Below, in pieces: positions 1 through 9,684 of a stretch of 40,891 nucleotides of DNA. The stretch is from assembly GCA_018813685.1 (NCBI GenBank), contig JAHJAV010000055.1, positions 1-40,891 on the forward strand. Reading direction: 5' to 3'. The translations under genes were made by a program, and so were the position numbers. Source of the DNA: Nanobdellota archaeon. GTDB taxonomy: Archaea > Nanobdellota > Nanobdellia > Woesearchaeales > JACPBV01. The notes under the pieces were generated by a model. The model was not told the origin of the DNA and searched no databases. It worked only from the letters and a program-made list of their open reading frames with translations. Each line of letters begins with the position of its first letter. The first letter of the stretch is position 1.

Positions 1-1
1 C

Positions 2-703
2 AGATTAAAGGAAGCATGCCAGGAGAAGGTTTCTAAGATATTGATTTTGGTTATGGACAGAGAAGAGGCTTATTTTGCTTTGCTGAAGAAGTATGGTTAT
101 GATCTATTGACAAGTATAAAAGGTAAGGTAAGGAAAAAAGGAATGGAGGAGAAGTCTGATGGGAATTTCTATCAGGATATCATAAAAAAAATAAGTGAGT
201 ATGTAACAAGATATGGAATAATCAATGTGATAATAGCGAGCCCTGCTTTCTGGAAAGAGGATCTGCTAAAAGAGATAAAGGATGATGAGCTAAGGAAAAA
301 GGTAGTTCTTGCTACATGCAATGCAACTGACAGGAATGGGATTGATGAAGTGCTTAGGAGGCCTGAAGTAAAGGCAGCTCTTCAGCAAGACAGGATATCT
401 AAAGAGATAGGTTTAGTGGAGGAGCTTCTGATAGAGATTGCCAAGAATAGTTTAGCGGTTTATGGATTAAAGGAAAGTGAGAATGCTGTTAATTTGGGTG
501 CTGTAAAGAATCTTTTGGTTACAGATGGAATGATACAAAAATCAAGAGAGAACCAGGATTATACCAAAATAGAAAATATGATGAAGATAGTGGATTCTAT
601 GAAAGGCTCTGTAAGCATAATATCTTCTGAGCATGAAGGTGGGAAGAAGCTGGATGGATTAGGGGGAATAGGGGCTATTTTGAGGTATAGGTTGAATTAT
701 TGA
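2..703 (+). CDS. pelA: Pelota/Dom34 ribosome rescue factor (5'-truncated by window edge)
   Basis: eRF1 domain 2/3 signatures: IASPAFWKE, A.YG..E...AV.LGAV..LLVTD, SSEHEGGKKLDGLGGIGAILRY. The frame is open back to position 2. Confidence 0.93.
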   Translation, partial: RLKEACQEKVSKILILVMDREEAYFALLKKYGYDLLTSIKGKVRKKGMEEKSDGNFYQDIIKKISEYVTRYGIINVIIASPAFWKEDLLKEIKDDELRKKVVLATCNATDRNGIDEVLRRPEVKAALQQDRISKEIGLVEELLIEIAKNSLAVYGLKESENAVNLGAVKNLLVTDGMIQKSRENQDYTKIENMMKIVDSMKGSVSIISSEHEGGKKLDGLGGIGAILRYRLNY

Positions 704-708
704 GATTA

Positions 709-749
709 GAAAAAGACAAAAATAACATATAAAATAGTTTGTCTTTTTC
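709..749. repeat. Perfect 12-bp inverted repeat after pelota (possible terminator or operator)
   Basis: gaaaaagacaaa (709-720) / tttgtctttttc (738-749). Confidence 0.6.
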
Positions 750-750
750 A

Positions 751-799
751 ATTTAGTTGAGGCTAAATAATAATGCTTTATTTATGCCCTCAACTAAAT
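751..799. repeat. Long inverted repeat just upstream of the acs promoter
   Basis: atttagttgagg (751-762) / cctcaactaaat (788-799), with inner taaataa/ttattta pairing. Confidence 0.6.
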
Positions 800-887
800 A
801 TAGGCAAAAGTTTTAAATAAGATTGCTATTTCCAAATTTCTGTATTATTTAAAGGGGATTAATATATAAAATCGGAGGTAGAGTATA

Positions 888-2852
888 ATGTCAGAAGAAA
901 AAACTATAACGTCTATTTCAACAGAATCGAGGAAAATTCAGCCACCAACTGAGTTCAGTGAAAAGGCTTATGTTAAGAGTGAAGAAGAGTATAAGAAAAT
1001 ATATAATGAGTCTATAAAGGATCCTGCTGCGTTCTGGGCAAAGAAAGCAGAAGAGCTTCATTGGTTCAAAAAATGGGATTCTGTTTTTGAGTGGGACAAA
1101 GAGAATAGTAATTTTACTTGGTTCAAAGGCGGAAAGACAAATGTTTCATACAACTGCCTTGACAGAAATCTAAAATTATATGGTGACAAAGCAGCACTTA
1201 TCTGGCAGGGAGAGCCTGAAGATGATGTCAAGAAATATACCTATACTGAGCTACATAAGGAAGTATGCAGATTTGCGAATGTGCTTAGGAAGAAGGGAAT
1301 AAAGAAAGGAGACAGAATCTGTTTATATCTTCCGATGGTTCCTGAGCTTGCTATATCATTATTGGCTTGCTCAAGGATAGGGGCAATCCATTCTGTTGTT
1401 TTTGGAGGATTTAGCGCTGAATCATTAAAAGATAGAATACTTGACAGCACATGCAAGATGCTCATTACAGCTGACGGCGGCTATAGGTCAGGAAAGAAGA
1501 TTCATCTAAAGGCTACTGCAGATGAGGCAGTTTCAAAGTGCGACTGCATAGAGCATGTAATTGTGGTCAAAAGGACAAATACTGAGATAGAGATGAAAGA
1601 AGGAAGGGATTCTTACTGGGAAGATGATGTTAAAGCAAGTGACATAAAAGATACATGCGAGCCTGAGCATATGGATGCAGAAGATACATTATTTATATTG
1701 TATACTTCAGGAACAACTGGAAAGCCAAAAGGAGTTCTGCATACAACAGCTGGTTATCTTTTGTATGTTAACCAAACATTCAAGTATGTTTTTGACTATC
1801 ATCCAAAGGACATATATTGGTGCACTGCAGATATTGGATGGGTAACAGGGCATAGCTATATCGTTTATGGGCCATTGTCAAATGGAGCAACATCACTAAT
1901 GTTTGAAGGAGTGCCAACTTATCCAGATAATGACAGGTTTTGGCAGATCTGCGAGAAATTTAAGGTGAATATATTTTACACAGCACCGACAGCGATAAGG
2001 GCTATTGCAAGATTTGGTATAGACCCAATAAAGAAGCATGACTTGAGCTCATTAAAGTTATTGGGAACTGTTGGAGAACCAATAAACCCAGAAGCGTGGA
2101 TGTGGTATTATGATAATATTGGAAACAAGAAATGTCCAATAGTAGATACTTGGTGGCAGACAGAAACAGGCGGAATATTGATAACAACTTTGCCAGGAGC
2201 AATCACAATGAAGCCAAGCTGCGCAGGAAGGCCATTATTCGGCATTGAGCCAGTCATATTGAGAGAGGATGGTTCTGAAGCAGATGTAAATGAAGGCGGA
2301 TATCTAGTAATGAAAAAGCCATGGCCCGGATTGATGAGAACAGTATATGGTGACCATCAAAGATTTGTAGATACATATTGGTCAAGATTCCCTGGAAATT
2401 ATTTTGCAGGAGATGGCGCCAGGAAAGATGAAGATGGAGATATCTGGCTGATGGGAAGAATAGATGATGTAATCAATGTATCTGGTCATAGGATAGGAAC
2501 TGCAGAGGTTGAATCAGCTTTAGTTTCACATCCAAAAGTTGCTGAATCAGCTGTTGTTCCGATGCCGCATGAGATAAAAGGACAGGCACTATATGCATTC
2601 GTAACTCTTAACCAGGGTGTTGAAAAAACACAGGAGCTTATTGAAGAATTAAGGCAGCATGTTGCAAAAGAGATCGGACCAATAGCAAAGCCTGATAAGA
2701 TCCAGTTTGCAGATTCATTGCCTAAGACAAGATCCGGCAAGATAATGAGAAGAATATTAAAGATCATAGCTGCCGGTGGAACAGATGTAGGCAATACAAC
2801 AACATTGGCTGATCCGTCTGTTGTTGAGAACCTGTTGAAAGAAAGGCAATAA
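888..2852 (+). CDS. acs: Acetyl-CoA synthetase (AMP-forming)
   Basis: YTSGTTGKPKG AMP-binding loop, WCTADIGWVTGHSY, DTWWQTETGG, PKTRSGKIMRR; SD ggaggt upstream. Confidence 0.97.
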   Translation: MSEEKTITSISTESRKIQPPTEFSEKAYVKSEEEYKKIYNESIKDPAAFWAKKAEELHWFKKWDSVFEWDKENSNFTWFKGGKTNVSYNCLDRNLKLYGDKAALIWQGEPEDDVKKYTYTELHKEVCRFANVLRKKGIKKGDRICLYLPMVPELAISLLACSRIGAIHSVVFGGFSAESLKDRILDSTCKMLITADGGYRSGKKIHLKATADEAVSKCDCIEHVIVVKRTNTEIEMKEGRDSYWEDDVKASDIKDTCEPEHMDAEDTLFILYTSGTTGKPKGVLHTTAGYLLYVNQTFKYVFDYHPKDIYWCTADIGWVTGHSYIVYGPLSNGATSLMFEGVPTYPDNDRFWQICEKFKVNIFYTAPTAIRAIARFGIDPIKKHDLSSLKLLGTVGEPINPEAWMWYYDNIGNKKCPIVDTWWQTETGGILITTLPGAITMKPSCAGRPLFGIEPVILREDGSEADVNEGGYLVMKKPWPGLMRTVYGDHQRFVDTYWSRFPGNYFAGDGARKDEDGDIWLMGRIDDVINVSGHRIGTAEVESALVSHPKVAESAVVPMPHEIKGQALYAFVTLNQGVEKTQELIEELRQHVAKEIGPIAKPDKIQFADSLPKTRSGKIMRRILKIIAAGGTDVGNTTTLADPSVVENLLKERQ

Positions 2853-3260
2853 TATTTTATAATTTCTTTTATTTTTATTTAAAAAAATGCTGATTCTTAC
2901 AGAAACCAGTTCAATTTAATGTGGAAACATTCTGAGAAATAACAGAGTCCACTGTCTCTGCCAATGTTGGCGGTTCTTTCTATTGATTTAATTTAATAAT
3001 AAAAAGATTGTTTTTTATCTCTAACATAGATTAAAATAAAGTATAAGAATAAACTATATTTTCTTTTTACACAATATTTAAATATAAGCTATACTTGGTA
3101 ATGTTTAATTGTTATAACTTTAGAGTTAAAATAAGATGTAACTTAAATTTGGTAAAAGTACTACGACATGGTAAAAAAACGTAACATATATTAAGTAGTA
3201 ATGGTTTTTTACCCCATGAAGAAGTAAAAAAGCTTCTTCCAAAAAAGGGGGTGAATTTAG

Positions 3261-4067
3261 ATGATTGTAAAAGAAGAATTTTTAAGCAAATTGAGAAGGT
3301 ACTTCTCGTTAAACCTCTATGAGGTTAAGATATGGACTGCATTATTAAGCAGAGGGGTTTCAACAGCAGGCGAGCTTTCGGATATAGCAGATGTTCCAAG
3401 ATCAAGAAGCTATGATGTTCTTGAGAGTTTAGAGAAGAAAGGATTTGTTGTTATGAAACTTGGAAAGCCAATAAAATATCTGGCTGTTGCCCCACAGGAA
3501 GTTTTAGAGAGAGTAAAGAAGAATGTCAAAGAAGATGCTAAAGGCCAGATTGACAGATTAGAAGAGTTAAAGGGAACAGAAGTCATTGGTGAATTAAACC
3601 AATTGCATACACAAGGAGTAGAGCTTGTAGAGCCTTCTGATTTGAGCGGTTCCTTAAGAGGAAGACATAACCTGTATAATCATTTAGACCTTACAATAAA
3701 GAATGCTGAAGACAGTGTAACCTTGATGACAACTACCCAGGGATTTATAAGAAAAGTAGAGGGGTTGAAGCCAACTTTTGAGAAGATTAAGAAAAGAGGA
3801 GTAAAGATAAGGATTGCTGCTCCAATAACAAAAGATGCTATGAGCGCTGTTGATGAATTAAAAGGAATAGCAGAAGTAAGGCACACTGACAGCAAGGCAA
3901 GGTTTTGCATTGTTGACGGCAAAGAGCTTGTGTTTATGGTTTTAGATGATAAAGAAGTACATCCAACCTATGATGTTGGTGTATGGGTAAACACACCATT
4001 CTTTGCGCAGGCATTAGATACTTTGTTTGACTCTGCCTGGAAAGGGATGAAACCAATAGGGAAGTAA
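3261..4067 (+). CDS. TrmB-family wHTH protein, TrmBL2-like (chromatin/regulator)
   Basis: F.LNLYE...AL...G..TAGELSDIADVPRSRSYDVLESLEKKGF N-terminal TrmB HTH plus C-terminal effector-like domain; 268 aa; strong SD gggggtga. Confidence 0.85.
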   Translation: MIVKEEFLSKLRRYFSLNLYEVKIWTALLSRGVSTAGELSDIADVPRSRSYDVLESLEKKGFVVMKLGKPIKYLAVAPQEVLERVKKNVKEDAKGQIDRLEELKGTEVIGELNQLHTQGVELVEPSDLSGSLRGRHNLYNHLDLTIKNAEDSVTLMTTTQGFIRKVEGLKPTFEKIKKRGVKIRIAAPITKDAMSAVDELKGIAEVRHTDSKARFCIVDGKELVFMVLDDKEVHPTYDVGVWVNTPFFAQALDTLFDSAWKGMKPIGK

Positions 4068-4091
4068 ATTCCTATTTTTTCTTTGTTTTTA

Positions 4092-4107
4092 TAATAAAAT
4101 TTATATA
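4092..4107 (+). promoter_or_regulatory. BRE/TATA promoter of the leader/aromatic operon
   Basis: A-rich taataaaa followed by TTTATATA (4100-4107), about 24 nt upstream of ATG 4132 (leaderless spacing). Confidence 0.6.
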
Positions 4108-4131
4108 TTGGAGCGTATTACCATGTATAAA

Positions 4132-4209
4132 ATGATAGTGCTAGAGAGAATAAATGCTGTTTTGGATGAGTTCTTTCTAGATAGAAGCTGCTACTTTTAC
4201 TTTTGGTAA
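4132..4209 (+). CDS. Putative attenuation leader peptide MIVLERINAVLDEFFLDRSCYFYFW (alternative start 4123)
   Basis: Translated directly from the sequence; 7 of the last 12 codons are Phe/Tyr/Trp; lies directly upstream of the aromatic biosynthesis operon. Confidence 0.75.
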   Translation: MIVLERINAVLDEFFLDRSCYFYFW

Positions 4210-4262
4210 GTCTCTGGGTTAGTCAGCTCAGGAGACTTCATTGTTCAACTTTTTATTCTTTT
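4208..4262 (+). terminator. Hairpin plus U-tract (candidate attenuator/terminator)
   Basis: AAGUCUC-UGGGUU-(AGUC)-AGCUCA-G-GAGACUU (4208-4238), followed by uuuuuauucuuuu (4250-4262). Confidence 0.6.
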
Positions 4263-4295
4263 AAGGCCAAAAAGGAGTAGACAGGATAATACAAA

Positions 4296-4314
4296 GAAAA
4301 AGCTTTGCTTTTTC
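4296..4314. repeat. Short palindromic element (copy 1)
   Basis: gaaaaagc-ttt-gctttttc; 17-nt core identical to 31003-31019. Confidence 0.7.
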
Positions 4315-4378
4315 AAAAAGTTTAAAAAGATAAGGTCATAAAAATGGAATAAGTAAACAAAATCAATAAGGAGAGAAA

Positions 4379-5197
4379 ATGGAACAAAAACTCATAGAAA
4401 AACTCGAAAAGCAGGCATTGCAGATCAGAATGGATGTGCTAGAGATGATAACAGAAGCTAAATCCGGGCATCCTGGCGGGTCGTTGTCTGCTGTTGATAT
4501 AATGACAGTGCTATACTTCCATAAGATGAGGTATAATCCTAAGAAGCCTAAGTGGGAAGATAGAGATAGGTTTGTGCTTAGCAAAGGGCATGCTTGCCCT
4601 GCATTATATGCTTGTTTAGCGAGAAGCGGTTATTTTCCATTGGCTAAATTAAAGACACTCAGAAAGATAGGATCTTGTCTGCAGGGACATCCTGAATCAA
4701 ATAAATGCTCTGGAATAGAGGCATCTACTGGGCCTCTTGGACAGGGATTGAGCTTTGCAAATGGTGTAGGCCTAGCGGGAAAGCTTGATAAGAAAGATTA
4801 CAAAGTGTATGTTATGCTGGGAGATGGTGAAGTGCAGGAAGGAAATATATGGGAAGCTGCAATGTTAGCTGCACATTACAAGCTGAATAATGTGATTGTA
4901 TTTTTAGACCATAACAGATTACAGATCGATGGTGAGCTGAAAGATGTGATGAATATAGAACCGATAAAGGATAAGTTTTCAGCGTTTGGATGGCATACTA
5001 TTGAGATAAACGGACATGATTTCAAAGAGATATTAAATGCACTGGATGAAGCAGATAAGGTAAAAGATAAGCCAATAATGATAATAGCAAATACAATAAA
5101 ATCAAAAGGTGTGGATTATATGGAAAACAAAGCAGAGTGGCATGGAAAGGCCCCTACTCAGGATCAGCTGAAAGAAGCGCTTGCGGAGTTGGTTTAA
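4379..5197 (+). CDS. Transketolase, N-terminal subunit
   Basis: SGHPGGSLS, DRFVLSKGHA, LQGHP, STGPLGQG, TPP motif GDGE..EG..WEA...N. Confidence 0.95.
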   Translation: MEQKLIEKLEKQALQIRMDVLEMITEAKSGHPGGSLSAVDIMTVLYFHKMRYNPKKPKWEDRDRFVLSKGHACPALYACLARSGYFPLAKLKTLRKIGSCLQGHPESNKCSGIEASTGPLGQGLSFANGVGLAGKLDKKDYKVYVMLGDGEVQEGNIWEAAMLAAHYKLNNVIVFLDHNRLQIDGELKDVMNIEPIKDKFSAFGWHTIEINGHDFKEILNALDEADKVKDKPIMIIANTIKSKGVDYMENKAEWHGKAPTQDQLKEALAELV

Positions 5198-6130
5198 ATG
5201 GCAGAGCTGAAAGCTACAAGAGACGGATATGGAGAAGGGCTTGTTGAAGCTGGAAAGAATGAAAGTGTGGTAGCGTTAGATGCTGATCTGGCAGAATCTA
5301 CAAGATCAATAAAGTTCAAGGAGAAATATCCTTTGCGGTTTTTTGATGTGGGTATAGCTGAGCAGAACCTTGTTGCAACAGCTGCTGGCCTTGCTGCATC
5401 TGGGAAGATACCTTTTGCGTCTAGCTTTGCTGTGTTTATTACAGGAAGGGCTTATGACCAGATAAGGCTTAATGCAGGAATCTCGCATCTCAATATGAAA
5501 ATTGTAGGGTCTCATGCCGGTTTATTGACAGGAGAAGATGGTGCTTCACATCAATCGTTAGAAGATATTTCATTGATGAGGGGAATACCTGGTATGGTAG
5601 TGATACAACCTTGTGATTTTGTTGAGGCGAAAAAGGCAACAATCGAGATTGCAAAATATAAGGGGCCTGTCTATCTTAGGTTATCTCGAGGTAAGGTTCC
5701 TGTAATCAATGATGAAAATTATAAGTTTGAGATTGGAAAAGGGATTATGCTGAAGCAGGGAAAGGATATTGCGATAATTGCAACAGGCGCTTTAGTAAAT
5801 GAAGCTTTAATTGCCAGTGATATGCTGAAAGAAAAAGGGATTGGTGCAAGAGTGATAAATATCCATACGATAAAGCCGATTGATAAAGAGATTATAATTA
5901 AGGCTGCTAAAGAAACTGGATGTGTGATAACAGCAGAAGACCACAGCATATACGGCGGATTAGGTAGTGCTGTTGCAGAGATACTTGCTGAGAACTGTCC
6001 AACTAAAATGCACAGGATAGGTGTTAATGATAAATTTGGCGAGTCAGGAGAGCCATCTGAGCTTTACAAGAAATATGGATTAACAGCTGAAGATATAGTT
6101 AAGGCTGCTGAAAAATTGTTAAAAAAATAA
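5198..6130 (+). CDS. Transketolase, C-terminal subunit
   Basis: [37 protein letters not shown]. Confidence 0.95.
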   Translation: MAELKATRDGYGEGLVEAGKNESVVALDADLAESTRSIKFKEKYPLRFFDVGIAEQNLVATAAGLAASGKIPFASSFAVFITGRAYDQIRLNAGISHLNMKIVGSHAGLLTGEDGASHQSLEDISLMRGIPGMVVIQPCDFVEAKKATIEIAKYKGPVYLRLSRGKVPVINDENYKFEIGKGIMLKQGKDIAIIATGALVNEALIASDMLKEKGIGARVINIHTIKPIDKEIIIKAAKETGCVITAEDHSIYGGLGSAVAEILAENCPTKMHRIGVNDKFGESGEPSELYKKYGLTAEDIVKAAEKLLKK

Positions 6131-6146
6131 ATTAACGGAGGATAAG

Positions 6147-7160
6147 ATGATAATTGTATTAAAACCAAGGGCAAAGGAAAGTGAGGTTAAGGCTGTTGCT
6201 GAAAAGATAAAAAAGATGGGGCTTAAGCCGCATGTTTCAATGGGTGTAGAGAGAACAATAATAGGCGCAATAGGTGATGAATCATTGCTAAAAGAAGATC
6301 AGCTGAAAGCAATGGCTGTTGTAGAAAAGGTATTGCCCATAATGAAACCTTACAAATTAGTTTCAAGAGAGTTTCAAAAAGAAAATACTATAATTAAAGT
6401 AGGGGATGTAAAGATAGGCACAAATGATATTATTGTGATGGCTGGCCCATGCGCTGTTGAGAGTGAAAAACAGGTTATTGAAACTGCTAAAGCTGTAAAG
6501 AAAGCAGGAGGCCATATATTCAGAGGGGGAGCATTCAAACCAAGAACATCCCCATATTCATTCCAGGGAATGGGTGAGGAAGGATTAAAGTTATTAGCAA
6601 AAGCTAGAAATGTAACTGGAATGCCTATTGTGACAGAAGTCATGGATACAGCAGATGTTCCTTTGGTAGCGGATTATGCTGATATACTACAGGTAGGAAC
6701 AAGGAATATGCAGAACTTCAATCTGCTTAAGGCAGTCGGTAAAGTGAACAAGCCTGTAATGCTAAAGAGGGGATTAGCTGCTACATTAAATGAGTTTTTG
6801 ATGGCTGCTGAATATATCATGGCAGAAGGGAACCATAATGTAATATTATGCGAGAGAGGGATAAGAACATTTTGCACACATACAAGAAACACACTGGATT
6901 TGAATATTATTCCCATAATAAAGAAAGAGAGCCACCTTCCAATTATAGTTGATCCTTCGCATGGAACAGGGAATTATTCATTAGTTAGTCCAATGAGCAA
7001 GGCAGCTATTGCTTGCGGAGCAGATGGATTGATGATAGAAGTACATTCAAATCCAGAAGAAGCGACGTCAGATGGCGATCAGAGTTTGACGCCAAAGAGC
7101 TTTGCAAAACTGATGGAAGAGTTAAGGTCAGTTGCAAAAGCAGTAGGAAGAAGGTTATGA
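6147..7160 (+). CDS. aroF: DAHP synthase type I-beta with N-terminal ACT-like regulatory domain
   Basis: [44 protein letters not shown]; about 70-aa N-terminal domain like the Thermotoga enzyme. Confidence 0.95.
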   Translation: MIIVLKPRAKESEVKAVAEKIKKMGLKPHVSMGVERTIIGAIGDESLLKEDQLKAMAVVEKVLPIMKPYKLVSREFQKENTIIKVGDVKIGTNDIIVMAGPCAVESEKQVIETAKAVKKAGGHIFRGGAFKPRTSPYSFQGMGEEGLKLLAKARNVTGMPIVTEVMDTADVPLVADYADILQVGTRNMQNFNLLKAVGKVNKPVMLKRGLAATLNEFLMAAEYIMAEGNHNVILCERGIRTFCTHTRNTLDLNIIPIIKKESHLPIIVDPSHGTGNYSLVSPMSKAAIACGADGLMIEVHSNPEEATSDGDQSLTPKSFAKLMEELRSVAKAVGRRL

Positions 7161-8251
7161 TGGAAAAAGTAAGATTGAATCTTAGGAAGGAAATTGACAA
7201 TTCTTATGAGATTTTAATAGATAAGAATCTCTTGAGTAAAGTGCCATCTGATCTGAAGAAGAGCAATGTTGGAAATAGATATTTGATAATAACAGATTCC
7301 AACATAAAGAAATTGTTTGGAGATAATCTGCTTGATTTGATGAGGAAAGAGGGATTGAAGGTAGATATTCTATCCTTTAAGGCAGGAGAGCAGAGCAAGA
7401 ATCTTGAAACGCTTGGGGAATTGTTAAGTGGTGCTCAGAAGTTAGGGCTAGATAGAAAGTCAGCGATAATTGCTCTTGGTGGGGGGGTTGTCGGAGATAT
7501 AGCAGGGTTTGTGGCAGCTACATATATGAGGGGAATAAATTATGCGCAGATTCCAACTTCACTGCTTGCAATGGCTGATTCAAGTGTGGGTGGAAAGGTA
7601 GCTGTAGATTTACCTACTGGAAAGAATATGGCAGGGGCATTTCATCAACCAAAGAAGGTATATATGGATGTGTCTATATTAAATGATCTTCCGCAGAAAG
7701 AAATGATTAATGGATTATCTGAGGTAGTGAAGCATGCTTTTATCATAGATAAAGGGCTTTTTGATTTTATCAATAAGAATCTTAGTAAAATATTGGATAA
7801 AGATTTAGATGTATTAGTTCAATTAGTGAAAAGAAACTGTGAGATAAAGGCAATGATTGTTGAGAAGGATGAAAAAGAAGCTGGACTGAGGAAGATTGTA
7901 AACTATGGGCATACAATAGGCCATGCTATAGAGACAATGACTCATTACAAAAAATATTCACATGGAGAAGCGGTTGCTATGGGGATGGTTGTAGAGGGAT
8001 TGATTGCCAGAAAGATTGGAATGCTTTCTGAAGATGGGTTGAGATTGCAGAATGAGATGATAAAGAAAGTTGGTCTGCCTGTAAAGATCCCTAAACTTGA
8101 AGCTGATAAAGTAATTAATGAATTAAAAAAGGATAAGAAAGTAGTGGGCGGTAAGATAGAATTTGTTTTGTTAGAGGCAATAGGAAAATCAAAGTATGGT
8201 GTGAGTGCCTCTAATGAAATAATAAAAGAGGCTTTAGAGGAAAGTATATGA
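7157..8251 (+). CDS. aroB: 3-dehydroquinate synthase (classical AroB)
   Basis: [50 protein letters not shown]; start ATG overlaps the aroF stop (ATGA 7157-7160). Confidence 0.95.
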   Translation: MMEKVRLNLRKEIDNSYEILIDKNLLSKVPSDLKKSNVGNRYLIITDSNIKKLFGDNLLDLMRKEGLKVDILSFKAGEQSKNLETLGELLSGAQKLGLDRKSAIIALGGGVVGDIAGFVAATYMRGINYAQIPTSLLAMADSSVGGKVAVDLPTGKNMAGAFHQPKKVYMDVSILNDLPQKEMINGLSEVVKHAFIIDKGLFDFINKNLSKILDKDLDVLVQLVKRNCEIKAMIVEKDEKEAGLRKIVNYGHTIGHAIETMTHYKKYSHGEAVAMGMVVEGLIARKIGMLSEDGLRLQNEMIKKVGLPVKIPKLEADKVINELKKDKKVVGGKIEFVLLEAIGKSKYGVSASNEIIKEALEESI

Positions 8252-9684
8252 TAGCTGTGCCGATAGCAGCTTCTATGACAAAGGAAGCTCTAAAAGACAT
8301 GAAAGAGGCCTCTAAATCTGCTGATGTGATTGAGTTAAGGCTTGACTGCATTAAAGATTTAGGGCTAGAGATTTTGTTAGCTAAGCGAATAAAACCAGTG
8401 ATTGTAACTACAAGGAGCAAGGCTGAGGGTGGAAGATCTAATATTAGTGAATCACGTAGAATAAAGTTAATTGAAAAGGCTATTGATCTTGGGGCTGAGT
8501 TTGTTGATGTTGAATTTTCTTTAGGCAGTGAGAAGATAAAAAGGATAATTTCTATAAGGGGCAAGACTAAAGTGATTGTGTCTTATCATAATTTTAAGGG
8601 GACTGATGAAAAAGAGATTATTGCGAAGTATGAAAAGATAAAACGATTAAAGCCAAATGTGATAAAGATAGTTAGTTTTGCAAACTCAATAGATGATAAT
8701 GCTGTTATGCTTAGACTGCTAAAGACTGCTAAAAAGGAAGGAAAGGATCTGATAGCTTTTTGCATGGGTGAGAAAGGTGAAGTGAGCAGGATATTATGCA
8801 ATTTTTTTGGCAGCTTTTTGACATTTGCTTCATTATGCAAGGGAAAGGAGTCTGCTCCAGGCCAGCTGGATGTAAAAACATTGAAGGGCTTGTATAGAAT
8901 AAATGAATTCAGAAATGGAGAAGTTTTTGGGTTAGTGGGAAATCCCGTAAAACAAAGTAAAGGCATATTGATACATAATGATGCTTTTAAGAAACTTGAG
9001 ATGAACAAAGTGTATGTAAATTTTTTAGTTGAAGATTTAAGTAGTTTTGTGAAAAGTTTTAGAAAGTTGATCAAGGGGTTTAGTGTAACTATTCCGTTTA
9101 AGCGTGAGATAATAAAACTTATTGATGGAGTAGATTTAACTGCTGGAAAGATTGGGGCAGTGAATACAGTAATTAATGAAAATGGGAAATTGATAGGGTA
9201 TAATACAGATGTAAAAGGAGCAATCAATGTGATAGAATCAAAGATGAAGATAAAAAACAAAAGAGTCTTGATGATCGGAGCAGGAGGAGTTGCAAGAGCA
9301 ATAGGTTATGGTGTGAAGGGCAAGGGCGGAAGATTGATAATATTGAACAGAACTGTAAGCAGGGCTAAAAGCCTTGGAAATGAACTTAAATGTGAGTATG
9401 GTGGACTAGATAAATTAAATAAGATCGATAAGGTGGATATTATAGTAAATGCAACTTCAATCGGGATGGTTCCAAAGGTTAATGAAATGCCCCTAGGTAA
9501 GGATAAACTTAGGAGAATAATTAAAAAAGGCGCATTGGTTTTTGATTCAGTGTATAATCCAAGAAAGACGAAACTTTTAAAAGAAGCTGAAAAACTAGGA
9601 TGCAATACAGCAGACGGATATGATATGTTCATCAATCAGGCTGATGAGCAATTCAAGCTGTTTACAGGGAGGAGATTAATATGA
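8248..9684 (+). CDS. aroDE: Bifunctional type I dehydroquinate dehydratase / shikimate dehydrogenase (AroD-AroE fusion)
   Basis: N-terminal ELRLD, SYHNF, MGEKG..SR, SAPGQ; C-terminal SVTIPFK, GAVNT, GYNTD, GAGGVARA, NRT. Confidence 0.93.
   Translation: MIAVPIAASMTKEALKDMKEASKSADVIELRLDCIKDLGLEILLAKRIKPVIVTTRSKAEGGRSNISESRRIKLIEKAIDLGAEFVDVEFSLGSEKIKRIISIRGKTKVIVSYHNFKGTDEKEIIAKYEKIKRLKPNVIKIVSFANSIDDNAVMLRLLKTAKKEGKDLIAFCMGEKGEVSRILCNFFGSFLTFASLCKGKESAPGQLDVKTLKGLYRINEFRNGEVFGLVGNPVKQSKGILIHNDAFKKLEMNKVYVNFLVEDLSSFVKSFRKLIKGFSVTIPFKREIIKLIDGVDLTAGKIGAVNTVINENGKLIGYNTDVKGAINVIESKMKIKNKRVLMIGAGGVARAIGYGVKGKGGRLIILNRTVSRAKSLGNELKCEYGGLDKLNKIDKVDIIVNATSIGMVPKVNEMPLGKDKLRRIIKKGALVFDSVYNPRKTKLLKEAEKLGCNTADGYDMFINQADEQFKLFTGRRLI

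Noticed and set aside
2911-3027. Minus-strand 15-codon ORF with possible TAG readthrough
   Set aside because: TAG is used as a normal stop in this window (e.g. aroA, pheT), and the peptide has no recognisable features.
4070-4378. T-box riboswitch upstream of the aro/pheST operon
   Set aside because: No T-box bulge (UGGNACC) or Stem I motifs seen; the leader-peptide model fits better.
7013-7156. N-terminal extension of AroB in the ORF track
   Set aside because: It overlaps aroF out of frame; the ATGA coupling at 7157 gives a normal-length AroB.
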